A stretch of DNA of 64,000 nucleotides from Escherichia coli (GCF_024700885.2 NZ_CP117016.1); one strand, 5' to 3'. Counted from the first letter of the stretch, positions 32,436 to 40,632 are shown. A program made the numbers and translations. Notes: generated by a model not told the origin, from the sequence alone.

Positions 32436-32689
32436 CCCCATTAACCACAGGCGAATTTCCGCCTTCGGTCATTCCTTAATCATCTGCGTAATCATAATGA
32501 TTATTCAGCAAGCGCAATTTTGCGCTTTGCTTAAAGTTCAGCGAGTTACCGCGCCGACTTCCTCAAATTGAGGTTTCCGAAAATATCAGCGGGTTAGCGA
32601 TTAAGCTGACCATTAATTAAACTGCGAAAATGTCGTAGTTGTGAGGGGTGTAGCCAACCCATTTTTGGGCCGTCGGGAATATCAACCAG

Positions 32690-32971
32690 TTACCGCCGCA
32701 ACCGCTCCGGCTTCTTCCAGTGGTACGTTATTTTCTCCTTCTCCCGATACATCTCCACGCGGCGACGGTAGGCCAGCAACTCAAGAACTCTGGTTCGTAT
32801 GTTGCGCATATCCACGCCATTAAGTTCTATACCATCACGGCGCATCACCTCAGCAACAACACGCGCATAGTTTTCGGCTGTCACGCTGTCCGGCTGCGTG
32901 GCCTGTTCGTCAGCCTGCTGGCTGATTCCGGCAACGCGGCGGATTAATCCCGTTATTTCGGCTTCTGTCAT
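32690..32971 (-). CDS. Hypothetical protein (93 aa) downstream of terL
   Basis: ATG with SD gaggt. It lies 13 nt after the TerL stop. No family was recognised. Confidence 0.6.
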   Translation of the reverse strand: MTEAEITGLIRRVAGISQQADEQATQPDSVTAENYARVVAEVMRRDGIELNGVDMRNIRTRVLELLAYRRRVEMYREKEKITYHWKKPERLRR

Positions 32972-32984
32972 GCTGCTGACCTCA

Positions 32985-34646
32985 TTACACCCCGCTAAAT
33001 TCTTCCAGTTTCTGGCGGTGGCTGTCGCTTATATCAAAAGCAAAATCCTCATGCTCTGCCTGGAATGTACCAAACGCCATCAGCGCCGCCACGCTCGGGT
33101 CTATCTTGTTCGGTGATTTTTTCTTGTTCGGCTTGATATTGGCGTTCGCGTCACTCTGCATCACGACGTTACTCATCGACCAGGACAACACCGGATCGCC
33201 ACGATGCACAATCACCCTGCGGTTAACAAAAACTTCGAACGATTTCGCCGCCGGACTGAATCTGAGGTAGGTTTGCGGGAACGGCTCCACCTCAAAACCT
33301 GCCCCCTGTAATTGCGTTCTGAGATGCGTGGCGTTCCACGTATCAAAGCCCACCAGCCTGATATTAAATTTCTCCGCGTCCTGCATGATGTCATCTCTGA
33401 TCCGGTCGTAATCAATGCAGTCGCCAGGCGTTGTGCGTATCCAGCCTGCTTTAGCCCACTGACGATAGATGGCGCGGTTTTTATTGGCGGGGTTCTGTAG
33501 CTGAAATTCCGGCAGATAGTGACGGGAAACCAGCATAATGGTTTTACCGACCGGAAAGGCATAGCACACGCTGGAAATATCGCTGGTTGATGATAAGTCC
33601 AGCCCCGCGTAACACTCCTGGCCGTGTAAATCTTCCTCCGTGAACGTTCCGGCACACTCAGCCCATGCGCCGTTACCCATCCACGGGGTAGCCCCCTGGC
33701 ACCAGATATTAAATCGCTTTGTCATCATCTCCACCCACTGCGACGGAATACCCCGCGCTTTCTGGATGGTTGAGGCCAGTTTTTCACGATCGACGGAAAC
33801 ATCAATATTAGGGTTCGCCTTTATCCACATCGCCGGATCATCAACCTCGTTTTCGTCGTCCAGTTCGTAAATCAGTACAAAAATTGAATCGTTAACCTCT
33901 TCGCCGTCCAGGATCTGGCAGCAATAATCATAGTGCTGCTTACAGGCTGAAACGACGTTGCTGCCTGATGTGGTAATGGCAAATAACAGCCCTTCGGGAC
34001 GTGCGCCCATCCCCAGCTCAAGCGCGGAATAAACGCCGTTATCGGGGTGCAAGTGGTATTCGTCCACGATGGAAAGGCTGGGGTTTGTTCCCTCGATGGT
34101 TGCCGCTTTTGCTGCCAGCGGCTTTAACAGGCTGTTGCTTTTCGGGTGTATCACCTTATGCGCCTGAATATTCACCCGCCTGCGTAACGGTCGGGATAAA
34201 AGGCACATCTGACGCGCATCATCAAAGACGATCCGCGCCTGGTCACGGCTCACCGCTGCGGTGTAGATATCCTGCTGACCGTTCTCCATAATCAGAAACC
34301 AGTTAGCCAGAATCGCGGCGGTCGTGGATTTCGCATTTTTGCGCGGCACTTCGATAAAGGCGCTCGTGTATTTGCGCCGTCCGGTGGCCTTAACCTTAAA
34401 GCCGAGGATGCACGCAAAGGCGAACTGCTGCCACGGCTCCAGCTCAATGGGTCTGCCACGCATCGGTCCTTTTACGTGCGGGCACACCCTGGAAAAGGCA
34501 ATAAACCGCTCCACAACCTCACGATCGAACGTGTAAAGGGGGCTTTTAAGGTCCGAAAAGTACCGTTTAACGGCCTGTTTCAGCCGTTTACAGGCCGGAA
34601 TTTTGCCCGTTTTTACGTCTTCTGCGTACTTATTCCAGGCGGTCAA
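32985..34646 (-). CDS. terL: Terminase large subunit (Terminase_1-type)
   Basis: 553 aa with an ATPase region (VPRKNAKST Walker A-like, IVDEYH Walker B) and a C-terminal nuclease. The TTG start overlaps the terS 3' end and has SD gagga. Confidence 0.85.
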   Translation of the reverse strand: MTAWNKYAEDVKTGKIPACKRLKQAVKRYFSDLKSPLYTFDREVVERFIAFSRVCPHVKGPMRGRPIELEPWQQFAFACILGFKVKATGRRKYTSAFIEVPRKNAKSTTAAILANWFLIMENGQQDIYTAAVSRDQARIVFDDARQMCLLSRPLRRRVNIQAHKVIHPKSNSLLKPLAAKAATIEGTNPSLSIVDEYHLHPDNGVYSALELGMGARPEGLLFAITTSGSNVVSACKQHYDYCCQILDGEEVNDSIFVLIYELDDENEVDDPAMWIKANPNIDVSVDREKLASTIQKARGIPSQWVEMMTKRFNIWCQGATPWMGNGAWAECAGTFTEEDLHGQECYAGLDLSSTSDISSVCYAFPVGKTIMLVSRHYLPEFQLQNPANKNRAIYRQWAKAGWIRTTPGDCIDYDRIRDDIMQDAEKFNIRLVGFDTWNATHLRTQLQGAGFEVEPFPQTYLRFSPAAKSFEVFVNRRVIVHRGDPVLSWSMSNVVMQSDANANIKPNKKKSPNKIDPSVAALMAFGTFQAEHEDFAFDISDSHRQKLEEFSGV

Positions 34647-34986
34647 GCTCGTCCTCTTCTTCTGTTTCCGGTGGGTTTTTACGGCGGCTTATCGGGTCAA
34701 AACCGAGCAAGGAGGCCATTTTTATCATCACCCTTTCAGCGTCTGATTTCGCGCTTAATGCGGGGTTTCTGCTCTCGCCGCCCTGACTGTTAACAATGCT
34801 GAACCCGCGCGCCGCAAGGTCTGCGACGGCTTTCCGGTAAATGGAGTAGTTGACACAATACAGTTCCAGATTGCTCCAGTCGGCGGGGGTCAGGTCTCCC
34901 CGTTCCGCAAGCTGCCGCGATTTTTCCCGCCACTGCTTCACGGCGATGTCATCCAGGTAGGCGGGGGCTTTCGGTGGTCTTGCCAT
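34630..34986 (-). CDS. terS: Terminase small subunit, P27 family
   Basis: 118 aa; MARPPKAPAYLDDIAVKQWRE...LELYCVNYSIYRKA is typical of P27-family TerS. Confidence 0.8.
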   Translation of the reverse strand: MARPPKAPAYLDDIAVKQWREKSRQLAERGDLTPADWSNLELYCVNYSIYRKAVADLAARGFSIVNSQGGESRNPALSAKSDAERVMIKMASLLGFDPISRRKNPPETEEEDELDRLE

Positions 34987-35108
34987 GCTTATTTTTCGTC
35001 AGATTATTTTTCAAAAAATTCCCGTGCATAAAAATTTGAGGAGGCGTTCGGTGCCCGGCGGGGTCGGGTTTGTCCTGAAAACGCCCCCCACCCCGTCATA
35101 CAGCCTCA

Positions 35109-35282
35109 TCAGCGATTGCGGAAACATTCCATAACCTCGCGGTCACGGTCGGTTAATCGCTTCGCTGTGATGCGTTCTGCGCGTCCTGACGCTTTATCTT
35201 TATGCCCTGTTTCCTGTGTCTTCCATGCGTCACGCTGCCTTATAAGTCCACGGATAAGGCGGTTTTGTTCCCGCTCATTCAT
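35109..35282 (-). CDS. Small hypothetical protein (57-60 aa) between HNH and terS
   Basis: This is the C-terminal part of track ORF 35109..35513. The ATG at 35282 (or 35291) overlaps the HNH stop. The rest of that ORF is out of frame inside the HNH gene. Confidence 0.4.
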   Translation of the reverse strand: MNEREQNRLIRGLIRQRDAWKTQETGHKDKASGRAERITAKRLTDRDREVMECFRNR

Positions 35283-35715
35283 CAGCGTCATACATCCAGT
35301 TATTGCGGTTAGCGGCCCGTTCTTCCTCTTCACGAAATCCACCTGCGGCACGCTTGCTTTTTGTTGCCGGATCAAGCCATTTCGTTTTCTGGTTATGACA
35401 CGCCTGGCACAATGGTTGATGGTTCCATTCGGGCCAGAAGAGAACATCATCACCGCCATTAATCGGGATAATGTGATCCACCACCACGGCGGGCGTATAT
35501 ATCCCCTTCTCAAGGCATCGCACGCATAACGGGTTTTTACTCAGATACATGGCGCGGTATTTGTCCCACTGTCTGGAATATCCACGCGCGCGGCGGTGTC
35601 CTCGTCTGGCATCCTCTGCACGCCATGCCGCCCGCCTGTGCTCCTCACACTTGCCGGATTTAACGCGCCTGTTACAGCCTGGTTCTGTGCATCGTCTTAA
35701 TGGTTGCCACGGCAT
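35275..35715 (-). CDS. HNH endonuclease (packaging-associated)
   Basis: 146 aa with Cys pairs and DHIIP...N..LCQACHNQKT, an HNH motif. It sits beside terS as in HK97-like cos phages. Confidence 0.85.
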   Translation of the reverse strand: MPWQPLRRCTEPGCNRRVKSGKCEEHRRAAWRAEDARRGHRRARGYSRQWDKYRAMYLSKNPLCVRCLEKGIYTPAVVVDHIIPINGGDDVLFWPEWNHQPLCQACHNQKTKWLDPATKSKRAAGGFREEEERAANRNNWMYDADE

Positions 35716-36011
35716 CAGTACACCCCCACATCACGGTAAGCCGTCCAGAGTGCGCCTATCGTCATGGGTACGCGTGTTTTTGCGTTATCCGCGACAATCT
35801 GGCGATTTTCATACAGGTGAGCGATAAACATCATGCAGCCAATCTTTATGGCTGGCGTGAACTCCAGCCCGTCATCAAAGCGCCTGCCTATGTGTATCTG
35901 GCACGCCTCAAGCGATGCGGCAATGTATCCGCTGATTAACTGGTCTTCATCGTCGCCATCGATGCGGCAATGGAGTTTCACTTCTTCCAGGGTGATAAGT
36001 TCTTCTGTCAT
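35715..36011 (-). CDS. gp6-like head-tail connector protein
   Basis: 98 aa. MTEELITLEEVKLHCRIDGDDEDQLISGYIAAS is the typical Phage_connect_1 N-terminus. ATGA overlap with the upstream gene. Confidence 0.75.
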   Translation of the reverse strand: MTEELITLEEVKLHCRIDGDDEDQLISGYIAASLEACQIHIGRRFDDGLEFTPAIKIGCMMFIAHLYENRQIVADNAKTRVPMTIGALWTAYRDVGVY

Positions 36012-36346
36012 TTTTCCGCGCCCTCACGACAAAGAATTTCAAGGCGTGTCCTGGCGGCATCCGGCAGCGGCTGCCCGATGATATTCAGTACACGCCCCGC
36101 CAGCGGCCCCGTACTGACCTTTATCCGGCTGGTGGCGTTGATGTCCTTCCGGTACCGTATCCAGATCCTTACGGTACCAATCGCCAGCTCTGCGCCCGAT
36201 GAAATGGCCTCCTTGCTGCTGACCATGTTCACGCTTGCCCAGAGTGTGTGACCGTCCTCCCACGTTTCGAGTATTTCGCCGGTTATATCCCTGGTCTGTT
36301 TCAGGGTCTGAATCGTTATCCTGTCACGCAGTCGCCCTATGTTCAT
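36008..36346 (-). CDS. Head-closure / head-tail adaptor protein (SPP1 gp16-like)
   Basis: The start was set at MNIGRLRDRITIQ (ATG 36346, ATGA overlap with the portal stop), giving 112 aa. Confidence 0.7.
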   Translation of the reverse strand: MNIGRLRDRITIQTLKQTRDITGEILETWEDGHTLWASVNMVSSKEAISSGAELAIGTVRIWIRYRKDINATSRIKVSTGPLAGRVLNIIGQPLPDAARTRLEILCREGAEK

Positions 36347-37554
36347 TCCGGTTTTTCTCCCTCGCTGATTTTTACTTCCTGTTTCCATGCCTGGCTGAAC
36401 TCATCACCACCATCACGCGGTGACAGACCTTCACGTTCGCGGGCTTCGTTCGGACACATAACGCCGGATTTGATGCCGCGCTCATAGGTGGCAAAGCGTT
36501 CGCCAGGTGTGGCCCGTAACAGGTCCGCGCTGTCAAACTCCACCTGATACCGGATACCAGGTACAGGCGAGGCCACCAGCAGGGCGTTTTTTATCTGCTG
36601 CTCAAAGTTCGCCAGCCACGGGCGCATCGTCATGGTGAGAAATGCGCGGCTTGCCTCGCTGAAATTGCTGTAGGTGCTGTTGCTGTATTCCTGCAAAAAA
36701 ATCGGCGAGACGTTGAACATTCGGGCGATGTCTTCAATGGTGAAGCGACGGGAGGCCAGCCATTCAGCATCCTGATTACTCATGCCCAGCTGCTGATAGC
36801 TCATACCCCCTTCAAGGATGGGCGTTTTTCCGGCGTTTCTGGCCCCTTTGTAGCGTTCCAGTGCGGCTAATGCCTGTTTGCCCTTCACGCCGTCCAGCCA
36901 TTCGCCTGACGTGATAACCCCTGCCGCCATCATGCCATCACGCATCACGCTCGCGCCGTGGCGTTGTTGGGCCAGCCCAAGCCCCAGCGATTCGCGGCAG
37001 ATGGTTACAGGTGAGCACCCCATAAAGCCGTCATCCGTGGAGTAACGAAGGTGAAGTACTTCCCACGGTAAATAGTTGCGGGTGTTTCCGGTGTAGGCGT
37101 CAGTGATGCAGTAGCGCCAGTTGTGTTCGCCTGTCTGCTCCACGTTCACCGACTGCGGCGGGTAAGGATGTAAAGCCGCCGGAAAACCATCACGCCCCCA
37201 CTGAATCACCGCATAAGCATTACCGTTTAACAGGCAGTGGCGGATCATCATTCGCTTAAACTGGTAGGGGGTTTGCCATGCGTTCGGGCGCTCGTTGAGG
37301 ATGTGATCGACCGGATGAGAATCAAGCCACTCGCGGGCCTCCTTCCCCTTCTCATTGCGTACCAGGTACAGGTAACACGGCATGGTAGCCACCGCCTCAG
37401 AGATGACCGTCACGGCGTTCATGACGGCGGGCAGTGATTCCGCTGTCCCCGATGATACGTACTCACCCGCCCCCGTGTTCGATGTGCCAGCCAGCGCCAT
37501 AAATTCATCCAGCGTCATGCTGCGCTGCTCTTTTTTTCTTCTGAAAGGCCACAT
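36343..37554 (-). CDS. Portal protein, HK97 family
   Basis: 403 aa, recognised by family-typical sequence and position. SD gggggtg. Confidence 0.85.
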   Translation of the reverse strand: MWPFRRKKEQRSMTLDEFMALAGTSNTGAGEYVSSGTAESLPAVMNAVTVISEAVATMPCYLYLVRNEKGKEAREWLDSHPVDHILNERPNAWQTPYQFKRMMIRHCLLNGNAYAVIQWGRDGFPAALHPYPPQSVNVEQTGEHNWRYCITDAYTGNTRNYLPWEVLHLRYSTDDGFMGCSPVTICRESLGLGLAQQRHGASVMRDGMMAAGVITSGEWLDGVKGKQALAALERYKGARNAGKTPILEGGMSYQQLGMSNQDAEWLASRRFTIEDIARMFNVSPIFLQEYSNSTYSNFSEASRAFLTMTMRPWLANFEQQIKNALLVASPVPGIRYQVEFDSADLLRATPGERFATYERGIKSGVMCPNEAREREGLSPRDGGDEFSQAWKQEVKISEGEKPE

Positions 37555-37555
37555 A

Positions 37556-38128
37556 TCACACCCCCGCTAAATCCACCCACCAGCGGCGATTATCCGCACG
37601 CGGCATTTTTTCGGGGTGCTGCTCATACAGGGAACGGCGGGCCAGCTCCACGCCGGAATCGGGGTAAGCCGGTACCGATGTAACGGTAATTTCGTACAGT
37701 TCCGCCACCAGCACGGTGCGCACGCATGGATCTGTTGTGGTATCCCATACATCCTTACGGGAGCGAAAGCCAAAGCTCATCCCCGAGATGTCCCCACGCT
37801 TAACCAGTTCGATAACGTCGCGCCCTGTACTGGTATCCGGTGGGGTCAGTTCAAAGCGTAACCCTGTTTCGTCCTCTTCCAGTTTCAGCGTGCCGGAACG
37901 GGTGCGCCCCAGTAACATGCTGTGGTCATGCTCATACAGGCCGCGAACGTCATTACCCGCCGCAAGCCACTCAGTAAACGCCCCCCGCTGGAATTTTTCG
38001 TAAAACTCCCCCCATAGCAGTTCTGAAAGCTTATCCCAGCGAACAACGTAGCCCGTCAGCGTACCGGCTCCGCTGGTAGTGATTTCCGATGACCGGATTT
38101 CCATACTCTTCATAATTTTTTCACCCAT
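37556..38128 (-). CDS. Prohead serine protease, HK97 (S78) family
   Basis: 190 aa (start may be 38113). EHD...LLGR and GMSFGF motifs are present. Confidence 0.85.
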   Translation of the reverse strand: MGEKIMKSMEIRSSEITTSGAGTLTGYVVRWDKLSELLWGEFYEKFQRGAFTEWLAAGNDVRGLYEHDHSMLLGRTRSGTLKLEEDETGLRFELTPPDTSTGRDVIELVKRGDISGMSFGFRSRKDVWDTTTDPCVRTVLVAELYEITVTSVPAYPDSGVELARRSLYEQHPEKMPRADNRRWWVDLAGV

Positions 38129-38137
38129 AAAACACTA

Positions 38138-38157
38138 AAGGGGCTTTTAAGCCCCTT
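38138..38157 (-). terminator. Hairpin between capsid and protease genes (possible attenuator)
   Basis: Stem aaggggctt/aagcccctt, followed on the minus strand by ttagtgtttt. Confidence 0.4.
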
Positions 38158-38167
38158 CTGTATGCTG

Positions 38168-39325
38168 TTAATCGTCGTCCTGTGGCAGTTCCAGAATCTT
38201 GATCGCGTTCGAATCCACCACGCCACCGCCTAAATATTTCTGCGTGAAAATTTTGATGAAGCCCGGCTCTGTGAGGTTGTCCGGTCTGGTGCGAACACCT
38301 GTTTCGTGATCAACAATGTAGTAACCGCGTTTGAAGTCACCCAGGGCAATAACGTTATCCGGCATAAACTCCAGATATTCGACCGGAAGGCCCAGTAACG
38401 TATCAGGATCACCCGCCTGTAAACGGTCGCGCCAGATGTAATCACCGTTCGCGTTCTTCACCTTCTGAAGTTTTGCCGCCGTCGTGGAGTTAACCACCCA
38501 GACCGCGTTTTTGCGGTATTTTTTACGTAATGCAAATTTCAGGTCGATCAGCGGGTCCGCAGATGTCCACGCCAGAGATTCGGAAGGTTTAATTACCTGC
38601 AACGTACCAAAATCACGCTCTTTGTCGTTCTTCTCTGCACGGGGTACGGATAAAAAGCCTTTTGCTTTTTTGTCACCGTCGCCCACAACCAGATCGCTTT
38701 CTTCGGTTTCCGTGAAGTTGTCGCCAATCTCGCCCGTCAGCCATGAAAGGATGTCCACATCGGAAAAATCCACGATTTCCTGCGTGGTGCGCGGGTACGC
38801 ATAGACCGGATACAGCTTAATGCTCACCTCGTTAATCTGCGGGGTGCTGGTCTGTTCGCGTGCCTTACCCTCTTCACCGTGGTTAACGGTCGCACCGCCA
38901 GCGGAAACAAGCTGCTTAAACTCGTTGCTGCTGATTTTCTTCACGGTACAGATGCGGCGCATGGTGGATTCATCCGTCAGCATTCGCATGATTTCGGTGT
39001 TCAGTTCGGGGATAACGGTATAACCACCATCAGCGGGAACGCCTGTACTTAATGCGCGGGTTTCACCTGTCAGAATGTAGTGACGTAGTTCGGCTGGGTC
39101 AGTGGTCTGACTGCTTTTACCTGGCTTGCTGCGCTCTTCGTCTGCAATGGCTTCAAGGCGGGAAATGTCTTTATCGAGGGATTCAGCTTTAGCGCGTAAT
39201 TCGTCAAATTTTGCGCCCTCAGCATCGTTAAGACTGCGGTTTTCTTTTTCCGCGTTCTCCAGCATGTCGCGCATCTGATTTTTAATGGCGGTTTTCTGCT
39301 GGCGTAATTCGATTATTCTCGGCAT
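38168..39325 (-). CDS. Major capsid protein, HK97 fold, with N-terminal delta/scaffold-like coiled coil
   Basis: 385 aa with a charged helical N-terminus (about 100 aa) followed by an HK97-family capsid body. Confidence 0.88.
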   Translation of the reverse strand: MPRIIELRQQKTAIKNQMRDMLENAEKENRSLNDAEGAKFDELRAKAESLDKDISRLEAIADEERSKPGKSSQTTDPAELRHYILTGETRALSTGVPADGGYTVIPELNTEIMRMLTDESTMRRICTVKKISSNEFKQLVSAGGATVNHGEEGKAREQTSTPQINEVSIKLYPVYAYPRTTQEIVDFSDVDILSWLTGEIGDNFTETEESDLVVGDGDKKAKGFLSVPRAEKNDKERDFGTLQVIKPSESLAWTSADPLIDLKFALRKKYRKNAVWVVNSTTAAKLQKVKNANGDYIWRDRLQAGDPDTLLGLPVEYLEFMPDNVIALGDFKRGYYIVDHETGVRTRPDNLTEPGFIKIFTQKYLGGGVVDSNAIKILELPQDDD

Positions 39326-39539
39326 AAAAAAAGTCCTGGGGTTAAGTAAGGAACTCCAGGACGCGGCAAAAACTCAACCGTTTTTCATAAGGAAATCAGC
39401 AATCGCACCGATCGTTTTCCCGCCTGGTAATGAATATTGGCGAGAACATTAACAGGCGGAAAAGTGGCCCCAGCGTCCTGGCACCACGGGCGAGAATAAT
39501 CATGATTCAGTTCGGGTAAAATATGCCGATCCGCTCAGT

Positions 39540-39565
39540 GAACAACGTGGAACAACCACGAACAA
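39540..39565 (+). repeat. Three GAACAA units at exact 10-bp spacing upstream of the capsid operon
   Basis: GAACAA at 39540, 39550 and 39560. Confidence 0.8.
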
Positions 39566-39583
39566 ATAATTTACAAAACATGA

Positions 39584-39606
39584 CAAAAAGCCGGATTGCT
39601 CCGGCT
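39584..39606 (-). terminator. Rho-independent terminator ending the early/replication operon
   Basis: The minus strand reads agccggagcaatccggct + ttttgt, immediately after the stop at 39613. Confidence 0.7.
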
Positions 39607-39612
39607 GTGTGA

Positions 39613-39894
39613 TTATCTGTCCTGGTAATTTCGCCATATTTCATTACCAGCACCATCCATACCCATTTCGGCATAAGTGCGATCGACCGCCTTTTTCAGG
39701 TCTCCGTAGTTATCCGGCGGCTCCGGTGGCCTCTGTGCCTTCCTGGAACATTCCAGCCGTCGCATCGTGATGTGATGCCGTTCCTTGTCTGTCTCCACCA
39801 GTTGCATGACTTCACCCCATCGCGCCGACGCTCTCCGGTAAAAGCCTTTCGCCTCCAGTTCTTCCGCTATGCGGTCATGTACCATCGTCCCCAC
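39613..39894 (-). CDS. PerC-like transcriptional activator (candidate)
   Basis: 93 aa. IAEELEAKGFYRRASARWGEVM matches the (L/F)(W/Y)RRAxxRWxEV motif I recall for the PerC/Pch family. Not verified by search. Confidence 0.5.
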   Translation of the reverse strand: MGTMVHDRIAEELEAKGFYRRASARWGEVMQLVETDKERHHITMRRLECSRKAQRPPEPPDNYGDLKKAVDRTYAEMGMDGAGNEIWRNYQDR

Positions 39895-39897
39895 CCC

Positions 39898-40308
39898 TCA
39901 GAACGGAATATCATCACCGTAAGGGTCATCGCCTCCCGCTGGTGGCTGATTACCCTGTGTGCCTGTGGTCTTGCGTCGGCTCCCACCAGGACGTGCCGCA
40001 CGGGCACTGATTACGCTGTCTGCAATAACCTGATAACCCTGCCGCGTTTCCCCGTTCTGTCCGGTCCACTGGCTGACCTGCATCGTGCCGGATACGCTGG
40101 CAACGTCGCCTTTTTGATGTTTAGCCAGGAAGTCGGCCTGCTTACCAAATGCGATGACCGATAGCCATAACGTCGCCTGTCCATCCTGTGCCTGGCTGCA
40201 TGGCAGCGATACCGCCATACGCGCCAGCGTCATCGGTGTACCCTTGCTGGTCTGTTTTACCTGCGGGTCGTCCACCAGCCGCCCGTAAGCTGCTATCTGT
40301 GCTGTCAT
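39898..40308 (-). CDS. ssb: Single-stranded DNA-binding protein
   Basis: 136 aa with an OB-fold N-terminus, a Gly/Pro-rich linker and the acidic tip DDIPF. Confidence 0.88.
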   Translation of the reverse strand: MTAQIAAYGRLVDDPQVKQTSKGTPMTLARMAVSLPCSQAQDGQATLWLSVIAFGKQADFLAKHQKGDVASVSGTMQVSQWTGQNGETRQGYQVIADSVISARAARPGGSRRKTTGTQGNQPPAGGDDPYGDDIPF

Positions 40309-40583
40309 GATTCCACCTCTCCGGTTTTAACGTTGATGGTTGTTACCTGTTCCGCTTCGGCAATCTCCCGCTCTGTCAGCGTGGCAAAATTTGCCGCCGT
40401 CGTGGTCATGAATGCGCTTATCAGTTTGGGATGTGCTTTCGCGTATCCTTCCCCCGCGTGGCGGTCTATCGTTCTGATTGCCACCTTTAAAGCGTGCTCT
40501 GTCATGTCTAACGCGCGATATTTCGGTTCTGTTCTGTCTCTGCGTTTTTTGAGTGATTTATTAAATTTCCCTGAAGTGTGCAT
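40305..40583 (-). CDS. Hypothetical protein (92 aa)
   Basis: ATG at 40583. Its stop overlaps the ssb start (ATGA). Confidence 0.5.
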   Translation of the reverse strand: MHTSGKFNKSLKKRRDRTEPKYRALDMTEHALKVAIRTIDRHAGEGYAKAHPKLISAFMTTTAANFATLTEREIAEAEQVTTINVKTGEVES

Positions 40584-40632
40584 ATTTATTTTTACCCCCT
40601 CGTTTAAAAAGTTTTGAGTTGTGCCTCCCCTT

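Noticed and set aside
31971-32571. Track ORFs in the island's left end (31971..32183, 32211..32441, 32290..32472 minus; 32311..32571 plus)
   Set aside because: They overlap one another, lack SD sequences, have implausible Cys/Trp/Phe- or Thr-rich composition, and are threaded through dyad repeats. The region is treated as non-coding structured DNA.
35283-35513. Upstream part of track ORF 35109..35513 (134 aa)
   Set aside because: It lies out of frame inside the HNH endonuclease gene, whose motifs fix the frame. Only the portion downstream of the HNH stop is kept as a low-confidence small CDS.
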